A DNA stretch of 44,866 nucleotides from the IMG/VR virus record IMGVR_UViG_2579778842_000011, positions 1 through 44,866 of that record; one strand, written 5' to 3'. Every line of letters begins with the position of its first letter. Position 1 is the first letter of the stretch. This document shows, piece by piece, positions 38,094 through 44,866 of the stretch. Source of the stretch: a virus (lineage: Duplodnaviria > Heunggongvirae > Uroviricota > Caudoviricetes). The notes below the pieces were generated by a model, which saw nothing but the letters and a program-made list of their open reading frames with translations, had not been told where the DNA came from and searched no databases. Position numbers and translations under genes: made by a program.

Positions 38094-38441
38094 ATGGCTA
38101 AAAATATTTTCACTGAATTTCCTACTTATCCGGTCGATCAGCTTTCCGGTATTTTTATTAATGGCATTAGCCCAGAATCAATGACTTATGATTTTGCGGC
38201 GAAGAGAGTTAAACATAAACAATATAAAGAATGTATCCGCGATCATGAAAAAGGGACCGTGTTTTGTGTCGCTACATTGGCTAAACGTCCTAAATATCGT
38301 TTTCGTGTAGGACAAGAAGTTGATGTGGTTAATCCTTATAGCTTTAACTGTCTGGGCGATGCACGCGCGGTGTGTGTAGGCACTGCTCCTTATTATATCA
38401 AGGGTATGCGCTTTATTGGTTATATCTTCGAAATGATCTAA
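38094..38441 (+). CDS. Hypothetical protein
   Basis: 115 aa ORF in the operon preceding the endolysin. Confidence 0.45.
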   Translation: MAKNIFTEFPTYPVDQLSGIFINGISPESMTYDFAAKRVKHKQYKECIRDHEKGTVFCVATLAKRPKYRFRVGQEVDVVNPYSFNCLGDARAVCVGTAPYYIKGMRFIGYIFEMI

Positions 38442-38450
38442 GGGGGTAAT

Positions 38451-38804
38451 ATGTTAAGCAAACATTTTTCTCGCAAGGAATTTAAATGTAAATGCGGAAA
38501 ATGTGATTATGATACAATCGACGCTGAATTACTGGTAATTCTTGAGGATGTACGAGAGCACTTCGGGAAACCAGTAATTATTAACAGTGGGAACCGTTGC
38601 CCGACTCATAACAAGAATGTAGGCGGTGCAACCAACAGCTATCACGTTCGAGGCCGTGCTGCTGACATTGTGATCAAGGGTGTCTCCCCTGATATTGTCC
38701 ATGCTTATCTTGATGGGAAATATCCTACTCAATACGGCTTAGGCAAATATAAAACCTTTACGCATATCGATTCCAGATCGAAAAAATCACGATGGAATGG
38801 ATAA
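38451..38804 (+). CDS. Endolysin, peptidase M15 family (zinc peptidoglycan peptidase)
   Basis: 117 aa; NSYHVRGRAADI and FTHID motifs (His/Asp zinc ligands). Confidence 0.75.
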   Translation: MLSKHFSRKEFKCKCGKCDYDTIDAELLVILEDVREHFGKPVIINSGNRCPTHNKNVGGATNSYHVRGRAADIVIKGVSPDIVHAYLDGKYPTQYGLGKYKTFTHIDSRSKKSRWNG

Positions 38805-38810
38805 AATTAA

Positions 38811-38835
38811 AGCGCCTCTAGTGGGCGCTTTTTTG
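38811..38835. terminator. Bidirectional rho-independent terminator between endolysin and the helicase gene
   Basis: AGCGCC..GGCGCT hairpin followed by TTTTTT on plus strand and T-rich run on minus. Confidence 0.7.
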
Positions 38836-40326
38836 TTATATAGCAATGGTTTTAGTTGCATAGCTGAACTTGTCGGTTAGATAATAGCGGATTCTCTCAA
38901 GTGCATGTTTTACCGCATAATTTTTATGCTTGACTTTTCCGTTACGACCGAATATACACAGATGATCTATAAGATCCCAGACCGTTGCAATATCCTTAGA
39001 ACCATGTTTACGCAATGCACGACCGATACTCTGACGAACGATAGTTGATTCCTTCACTGGATGACCGAAAATAACATGGTGCAAATTCTTAATTGAAACA
39101 CCAGTAGAGAACACACCATAGGATGCAACACAAATGATCCCTGTTTCCCCTTCCGCTAATTTCTTAAATTCATCACGTTCTTCTGTCTTAACTCCACCGT
39201 CAATATAATAAACCTTGTCGTGTACCTTCTGTAACGCATCATACATAAGTTTTCCGTGCTTAGTATTGCGGAACATCAGGAATACGTTTTCGCCCTTCTT
39301 AGCGAGTTTTAGCGCCAAATTACAAGCAAACTTATTTCGTCGTGGGTTAGACGTAATATACTTGATCTCTTCCGCATATTCCCGCCCCTTAACCGCGCTA
39401 CATTCCTCATCGGTATAACGAAGGAAAAGGCAGTTAATTTTCAGTTTTGTCACTTGACCTTCTTCCATCAGGCGGTCAATACTCACGATCTTAGAAATAT
39501 CACCGAAAAGCCCGACGTACTGCATTAAATGGCACTTTGATTCTTTCGGGGAACCAGTCATACCGATTTTGAACTGGCAATGATTCATTCCGTTAATGAT
39601 ATTGGTAATATTTTTGGCACTAGCCTTATGTGATTCATCAACTATCAACATTCCATATTGTTTGAACCATTCAGGAGGCATCTTGCAAGCTGATTGCCAG
39701 GTACTAACCGTGATTAACCTGTCTCCCGGATGTTTCCCGCTACCACTCATCATTGTATGAATTGCTTCATAAGGGAATAGCCTATAATCGACAAAATCAT
39801 CCCTCATTTGAACCACCAGCGATGTAGTAGGGACAATGATTAGAACTTTTCCGGTGTAGTTCTCTAAGTACCAACGAGACAGCATACAAGCAATCAATGA
39901 CTTACCCGCACTGGTAGGAAGAACCAGCATTCTACGGCGATTATGAATACCCTGAAAGACTGCCTCCCTTTGATACCAGTAAGGATTGATTTTATTGGAA
40001 CCGGAATACACTTCTAGGGAATCAATCCATTCATTAATCGCGTCTTTGGTTACATCTTCCTTCTCAAGCAATCTGGGGTCAATCCAGACTGAATAGCCCA
40101 TATTTTTAACGAAGACACCCAACGTTTTTAATAGTCCAATTGGTAGGGTGTTTTCATGCGTAAACAGTCTTATTCGTCCATCCCAGCCAGAATACTTGTA
40201 ACGGGGGCTAAACCTAGCCCCTTCAACCTCAAACGAGAAATAATCTCTTAATTCCATTCCGATAGAAGGAGAGCAATCAACCTTAACGAAACTGTAATCT
40301 TGAAAATGAATTTTAATATCTTGCAT
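38836..40326 (-). CDS. SF2 DExH helicase, T4 UvsW-like
   Basis: ATG at 40326 overlapping upstream stop (TAATG); N-terminus MQDIKIHFQDYSFVKVDC and whole length resemble recalled T4 UvsW; motifs LPTSAGKSL, DESH, QSIGRALRKHG. Confidence 0.8.
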   Translation of the reverse strand: MQDIKIHFQDYSFVKVDCSPSIGMELRDYFSFEVEGARFSPRYKYSGWDGRIRLFTHENTLPIGLLKTLGVFVKNMGYSVWIDPRLLEKEDVTKDAINEWIDSLEVYSGSNKINPYWYQREAVFQGIHNRRRMLVLPTSAGKSLIACMLSRWYLENYTGKVLIIVPTTSLVVQMRDDFVDYRLFPYEAIHTMMSGSGKHPGDRLITVSTWQSACKMPPEWFKQYGMLIVDESHKASAKNITNIINGMNHCQFKIGMTGSPKESKCHLMQYVGLFGDISKIVSIDRLMEEGQVTKLKINCLFLRYTDEECSAVKGREYAEEIKYITSNPRRNKFACNLALKLAKKGENVFLMFRNTKHGKLMYDALQKVHDKVYYIDGGVKTEERDEFKKLAEGETGIICVASYGVFSTGVSIKNLHHVIFGHPVKESTIVRQSIGRALRKHGSKDIATVWDLIDHLCIFGRNGKVKHKNYAVKHALERIRYYLTDKFSYATKTIAI

Positions 40327-40895
40327 TAGTTCCACTCCACACTTGCAATATTCTTTATATTGTTTAGTGATTTATTGCAGTAGTGGAATGTTTCAGTTTT
40401 GCCGTATTCAATCCCGCCTATACCCACATCCAGTAATCTCTTTATTGCTCTTTCAGTGGCTAAAGCATGTTTCATTGATGGCATTTCACCAGCAAAGACA
40501 ATATCAAAGTTATGACCGGGATTGCGTACACCCAGATTAATGCGTCGCTTGATGATTGACTTTGTTACACCAAATTTACCAATATCCCCTGATTTCATTA
40601 CATAGAGATAAGGCACACCCGCTTTATATTGAAAGTAATCACTTTTGAGACATGCACAGCGTTTACCTTCATTAAGCAGGTTGGTAGCTGATTTGTCGGC
40701 TCTATTGCCGCATCGGGTACATGTAAGAGCAATTCTTGAATGAAGCCCTTTAAACTCACCCAGAAAGCCATGAAAGACTAATGGTAAGTCCTTATCTTTG
40801 ATGTGAGTCAGAATGCGTTGTTCTAATGCCGATGGAGTTACAGCACGGGAGGATTTAGGAGTAAAAACAATATCTTTAGCCATTACTGGAATCAT
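40326..40895 (-). CDS. Zinc-ribbon + T5orf172/GIY-YIG-like domain protein
   Basis: 189 aa; GAGG RBS; CTRCGN...CAC Cys cluster; YLYVMKSGDIGKFGVTK...R...E pattern. Confidence 0.5.
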   Translation of the reverse strand: MIPVMAKDIVFTPKSSRAVTPSALEQRILTHIKDKDLPLVFHGFLGEFKGLHSRIALTCTRCGNRADKSATNLLNEGKRCACLKSDYFQYKAGVPYLYVMKSGDIGKFGVTKSIIKRRINLGVRNPGHNFDIVFAGEMPSMKHALATERAIKRLLDVGIGGIEYGKTETFHYCNKSLNNIKNIASVEWN

Positions 40896-41017
40896 ATAGA
40901 CCTCACTTTTTTAACTTATAGGCATAACCTCAATATGGTTGGTTTGGGATTTAGGGTCGCGTATTATACACATTCAGATAGAGAATGCAATAGTAAGACA
41001 ATTTTCTCTAATAAATA

Positions 41018-41036
41018 GTAGTGAGCTTATTATTTT
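41018..41036 (+). promoter_or_regulatory. Variant copy of the recurrent 17-mer (TAATAAATAGTAGTGAGC) upstream of gene 41050
   Basis: Similarity to the copies at 9204, 11159 and 12437. Confidence 0.3.
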
Positions 41037-41049
41037 AGAGGAAACTACT

Positions 41050-42225
41050 ATGAAACTTGCTTACGCTGCCGAAATTCCTTTTGTTAAGAAAACTCGCGGT
41101 TTATCACCGGAAGAGTACCAACAACGAATCATCGCTAAACTGGAACCTGCTTTCGTATTTGGTGGATTTATCCTACCGTGGAAGGGTAATCACACTTACT
41201 TTCGAATCTACAATTTAGACACACAAGAATATAAGGACTACAAATTACGCAAACTGGAAGATACTAACGGGGGTGAGTTATTCCAGACTGAAAAGGCTGT
41301 ATGGTTGAAAATGGAATCTCGTTGTAATGAGAAGGGAAAGAAATTCCTCGGATGGCAAGGAGAATGGAAAGGGCGAAATAGAACGAAAGCCCGTGTTTTG
41401 TGCCCTGAACACAATCAAATCATGACGCCATCTCTATTACATGCTCTCAAAGATGATTTCGATTTTGATTGCAAAATCTGTATGGCTGAAAAATCCCAAC
41501 GGGTAAGAAGTGGCAAGACTTTTGATGAAGTTATTAAGGACAAAGAGACAATCATCAATGCACGTTGCGAGAGTACGCCTTACACCTTCAAAGGATTCAT
41601 CATAAACACCCCACACCTAAAGGATGTTAAATTTAAAACCTATTGCAAGACACATAACCACGAATGGGAATCTCATTTAAGATGTGCTGATTCTTTCACT
41701 TGTCCGCTTTGCATTAAAGACCAACTGGTGCAACTGTCTAACCGGACTTATCAGGGTAAGGCTAGTTTCTACATTCAATTATTAGATGACAAATTTATTA
41801 AATTTGGAATCACTACCCGGAAACCAGAAGAACGAATGAGAGAGCAAACCAGAAAGAGCAACTTCACTCACCGCTTAATCTTTACTCATGAGTTTGAGGA
41901 TGGTTGGAAAGCCGTTGATTTAGAGCATGAAGTAAAACAACGCTTCAAGACTCATGCAGCACCCTACAAAGATTTCAAGGATGGATGGTCGGAAACTCTG
42001 ACTATTGATGAGTTACCACACTTACAGCAACTGGTTTATGACTACCTAACCAATCAACCGGACGAGGCTAATATGTGGGTATCCCCGAAAGATGTATTTG
42101 ATGACGATACATTCAAGCTACATACTCACTTCTACGGCATCAATAAACCGGAATTTTTCTGTATTGATGACGACAGTCCTGATTTAATGGATGAATACTT
42201 TAATACGCTCTTAGACGCTGCCTAA
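41050..42225 (+). CDS. Paralogous protein with two Cys/His zinc-ribbon modules and C-terminal T5orf172/GIY-YIG-like domain
   Basis: ATG 41050 after AGAGGA (track ORF begins upstream without RBS); CPEHN...CKIC and CKTHNHEW...CPLC; FYIQLLDDKFIKFGITTRK. Confidence 0.45.
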   Translation: MKLAYAAEIPFVKKTRGLSPEEYQQRIIAKLEPAFVFGGFILPWKGNHTYFRIYNLDTQEYKDYKLRKLEDTNGGELFQTEKAVWLKMESRCNEKGKKFLGWQGEWKGRNRTKARVLCPEHNQIMTPSLLHALKDDFDFDCKICMAEKSQRVRSGKTFDEVIKDKETIINARCESTPYTFKGFIINTPHLKDVKFKTYCKTHNHEWESHLRCADSFTCPLCIKDQLVQLSNRTYQGKASFYIQLLDDKFIKFGITTRKPEERMREQTRKSNFTHRLIFTHEFEDGWKAVDLEHEVKQRFKTHAAPYKDFKDGWSETLTIDELPHLQQLVYDYLTNQPDEANMWVSPKDVFDDDTFKLHTHFYGINKPEFFCIDDDSPDLMDEYFNTLLDAA

Positions 42226-42242
42226 CGCAATTAAATTAAAAA

Positions 42243-42271
42243 GGGGTACATCTGTACCCCTTAACTGTTTT
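42243..42271. terminator. Hairpin terminator between convergent genes
   Basis: GGGGTACA-TC-TGTACCCC inverted repeat flanked by A-run and T-rich tail. Confidence 0.5.
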
Positions 42272-42298
42272 AGCTCGTTATACGTCGATTTAGGCCGC

Positions 42299-43978
42299 TT
42301 AAATTCCAAATTCCTGTAATGGACCTGGTATTTCCTCTTCTGGTTTCCAGTTCTTATCTGTCAGCATGTCTAAACATGGATGCAGAACAAGCCCGTTACT
42401 CTCCAGAATCTGCCTATCATTGATAGTTTTCAAATCGACAAAGATTTGTCCTTTCCTCGTTCCTCTTGAATTTTCTATTACAACTCTCTGGGTCTTTCCA
42501 TCGATGTATTCCAGTACAAACAAGTTTTTGTTTCTGTCAATCCTGCTACACCCGATCCGCTTTAGAGCTTGCTTAATCTTAAACCGGACCTTTAGTCGTT
42601 CCTCGTTGTAAACATCTTCTAAATCAAATTCTGCGAGCTTCTCCCAGCCTTGAGAGTCAACAGAATACATTTCCTCTTCTGCCATCTTGATCTGATTGTA
42701 GAGTGTTTCACGCTCGCTATTGAGGGTAGTAATCTGATCGGCTAGCTCCTTCGTTGCTCCTGTCATAGCAGAAAGGGCAATCAGGTTATCAATCTTGCGT
42801 GATATCTCATCAACCTGTACTTTTAAAGCCGGAACCGGATTAGCCTTGTCCTCAGCAATCCAGATTTTATCAGCCAGCAATTGCAATACAGCTTTCTCTA
42901 ATTGATCACCTCGAAAACTCCAGTTTGGATGCTCGCAATCAAGTCTACGTGAACGGGTCGCATCACATGTATAACGATACTGGTCAGAACGTTTGTTCGT
43001 TCCCTTCACTTTAACCATAGCGCAACCGCAATGATCACATTTCAATAGGCCAATACCACTAAGCAGGGGGATCGGTTTAACTTCTTCCTTGTCTCCAAAG
43101 TTCCATGCTCTAGCACCAATATTTTTCTTAAGGTGATAGAACGTAGGGTCATCAATAACACGAGGGTAATAATCCTTTAACTCATAGTTAACGCCATCTA
43201 CAGAGACCTCCTTGATACCAATCAAAGCGCGGGTATGAAACAACCTTTCAACCATTGCCCGTGACCATTTTGAATGCTTCTTGTTGCTAACCGCTGGTGG
43301 CGGTGTATAAGTCTCGTTAAGGTGATCCAGTATCTCGGCGGTTGAACGTCCATTCTTCCGTAATTCCACAATCTCCTGAACAACAGGGAAGTACACCGGA
43401 TGAGGCAGCACATAACCGGAAGTGGTATCAGTCCACCACATATTCTTTCCAACTTCCTCGATTGCCACTGCCGGATTCTGGGGATTTTCTTGATGCGACT
43501 TAATCTTAATCAGTGCGCTTGAGTTAGTACGATTGCGCTTAGTCTGACTTTCCTCATTACCACGGATGAATAGAAGGATGGAGAACATCAGGTCCATCGG
43601 ATTAGCGGTAACAGTATCCAGCGAGTAGATCTTGTTATCCATGCCAGTAACAATGGTTATTCCCCTACGGATGATTGAAAGGAATAACTCCTGCGCACTG
43701 ACAATATCGGCACGGGATAAGCGGTCCAAGTTTTCAATGAATAGCCAGCTACCAACAGGAACGGATCTACCAATTGCATCAAGGAAACGAGATAGCGCCC
43801 CTGTTTTAGAGTTAGCACCTTTAAACGCAGATACACCCAGATCCTGATAATCATTTACCAGTTCAAGGTCATACTTTGCCGCAATCTCTCTCGCCATCCT
43901 GATTTGTCGTTCATAACTCGAACCATCACTCTGACGCATAGACGAGAAGCGAATATACGAATACAGTTTAGTTTTCAT
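42299..43978 (-). CDS. Large serine recombinase (phage integrase of the serine family)
   Basis: ATG at 43978 (track start 43993 is TTG); N-terminal YSYIRFSSMRQSDGSSYERQ resolvase catalytic motif, ENLDRLSR, Cys-rich zinc ribbon CDHCGC...CDATRSRRLDCEH, coiled coil. Confidence 0.85.
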   Translation of the reverse strand: MKTKLYSYIRFSSMRQSDGSSYERQIRMAREIAAKYDLELVNDYQDLGVSAFKGANSKTGALSRFLDAIGRSVPVGSWLFIENLDRLSRADIVSAQELFLSIIRRGITIVTGMDNKIYSLDTVTANPMDLMFSILLFIRGNEESQTKRNRTNSSALIKIKSHQENPQNPAVAIEEVGKNMWWTDTTSGYVLPHPVYFPVVQEIVELRKNGRSTAEILDHLNETYTPPPAVSNKKHSKWSRAMVERLFHTRALIGIKEVSVDGVNYELKDYYPRVIDDPTFYHLKKNIGARAWNFGDKEEVKPIPLLSGIGLLKCDHCGCAMVKVKGTNKRSDQYRYTCDATRSRRLDCEHPNWSFRGDQLEKAVLQLLADKIWIAEDKANPVPALKVQVDEISRKIDNLIALSAMTGATKELADQITTLNSERETLYNQIKMAEEEMYSVDSQGWEKLAEFDLEDVYNEERLKVRFKIKQALKRIGCSRIDRNKNLFVLEYIDGKTQRVVIENSRGTRKGQIFVDLKTINDRQILESNGLVLHPCLDMLTDKNWKPEEEIPGPLQEFGI

Positions 43979-44043
43979 ACCATTTCCAAACAAAAACGCC
44001 CCTACCGTGTATTATAACGATAGGGGCATTGGTTAGTAAGTCA

Positions 44044-44289
44044 TTAATATTTCTTTCCAGTTAGTTTTGCATCACGTTTATTAATATCCTCGATATGACT
44101 CCATACACACGCAGTAATAAAGTCGTCATCGTCACCAACTCCGGCAACCTGTGCTAATTCAGTACACAGTTGATTTAAAGAAGGTGCAACGGCAGCACGT
44201 TTGACACTATCACCCTGTACATATTGTTCGGCATTTGCAGCACCAACCAAACCCAGAGCAAGAACAACACCAGCGATAATCTTTTTCAT
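44044..44289 (-). CDS. Small secreted protein (moron candidate)
   Basis: 81 aa; AGAGGA RBS; signal-peptide-like MKKIIAGVVLALGLVGAANA followed by A-E; two Cys. Confidence 0.5.
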   Translation of the reverse strand: MKKIIAGVVLALGLVGAANAEQYVQGDSVKRAAVAPSLNQLCTELAQVAGVGDDDDFITACVWSHIEDINKRDAKLTGKKY

Positions 44290-44334
44290 AGTAGAATTTC
44301 CTCTTGTTATTTGAATTACGATATATTTATATCA

Positions 44335-44460
44335 TTAAAAATTGATGCTAATTACCAGACCAAACACAACCGCACCAATCAAATCAATCCAGTTAATACA
44401 CAATCCGCTATATTCTTTCTTGAATGTCTTAGATGAAATGCCATCATGAAATTGTTTCAT
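44335..44460 (-). CDS. Small hydrophobic peptide (41 aa), absent from the ORF track
   Basis: MKQFHDGISSKTFKKEYSGLCINWIDLIGAVVFGLVISINF; GGGGTGAG 5 nt upstream of ATG; C-terminal hydrophobic helix. Confidence 0.3.
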   Translation of the reverse strand: MKQFHDGISSKTFKKEYSGLCINWIDLIGAVVFGLVISINF

Positions 44461-44596
44461 TGCTCACCCCATACTAACGACAATATAAGAAAGACTAATC
44501 ATGGTTGTGAGACTACCTCCCACGAATGAGATAAAAGCTAACATGTTTGATTCTCCATTTAAAAAGCGGTGGGAATTGCACCCACCAAATTAGAAA

Positions 44597-44866
44597 TTAC
44601 TTCTTGCTAATAAACTCTTTGTAGATAAAATCTAAGACTTCCTTTAACTTCTTATCGGTGCCAATCATCGCCGGAAGTTCTTCTTTAATATCGCGAGGAA
44701 GATACACATTACCTTTCCAGAACAAGCAACCACATTGAGCAATCGAATAGCTGAACATCCATTCACAATCTTGTTCTATCTCCCAGAATCTAACCTGCTC
44801 ATCTTCGAGTTGAAGTTCGATTCCACGGCGGCGAGCATAGTTATGGATTGCTTTGGTAATGTTCAT
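44597..44866 (-). CDS. Hypothetical protein; start coincides with the window edge, so may be 5' truncated
   Basis: 89 aa ORF, AT-rich phage-like composition. Confidence 0.4.
   Translation of the reverse strand: MNITKAIHNYARRRGIELQLEDEQVRFWEIEQDCEWMFSYSIAQCGCLFWKGNVYLPRDIKEELPAMIGTDKKLKEVLDFIYKEFISKK

Noticed and set aside
43979-43993. Track start (TTG 43993) of the integrase ORF
   Set aside because: The codon at 43993 is TTG; the in-frame ATG at 43978 is preferred as initiation codon.

Overview
Enterobacterial (E. coli-like) chromosomal segment in three parts. (1) 1-6410: the distal end of a CP4-type accessory island, with the 3' end of an antigen-43-like autotransporter gene, DUF905-like, DUF932-like, ArdB/KlcA-like antirestriction, RadC-like JAB, DUF987, a CbeA/CbtA-type (YeeU/YeeV-like) toxin-antitoxin pair, a YeeW-like gene and two further accessory ORFs. 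(2) 6519-8278: core genes serX tRNA-Ser(GGA) on the minus strand with its terminator, ghrA, and the first ~135 codons of ycdX. (3) 8279 to the window end: a visibly AT-richer tailed prophage inserted inside ycdX, continuing past the window. The prophage has a left arm of small regulatory genes and a 1.4 kb ORF-free region with an 11-bp iteron array. Its morphogenesis block is lambda-like: GpA-type large terminase, gpB-like portal, prohead protease fused to the major capsid protein, tail fiber with C-terminal intramolecular chaperone domain, major tail protein, chaperone pair, tape measure, minor tail proteins and a lambda J-like central fiber. Downstream lie an M15-peptidase endolysin, a T4 UvsW-like SF2 helicase flanked by two T5orf172/GIY-YIG-like zinc-ribbon proteins, a large serine recombinase and small moron-like genes. 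The most unusual signal is that the major capsid gene and the major tail gene each end in UGA and continue in frame into a short related peptide (NEELP...VVTAKATAK + basic tail) before a shared hairpin terminator; this suggests programmed stop-codon readthrough. All homology calls are from reading the translations and recalled reference sequences; no database search was run.
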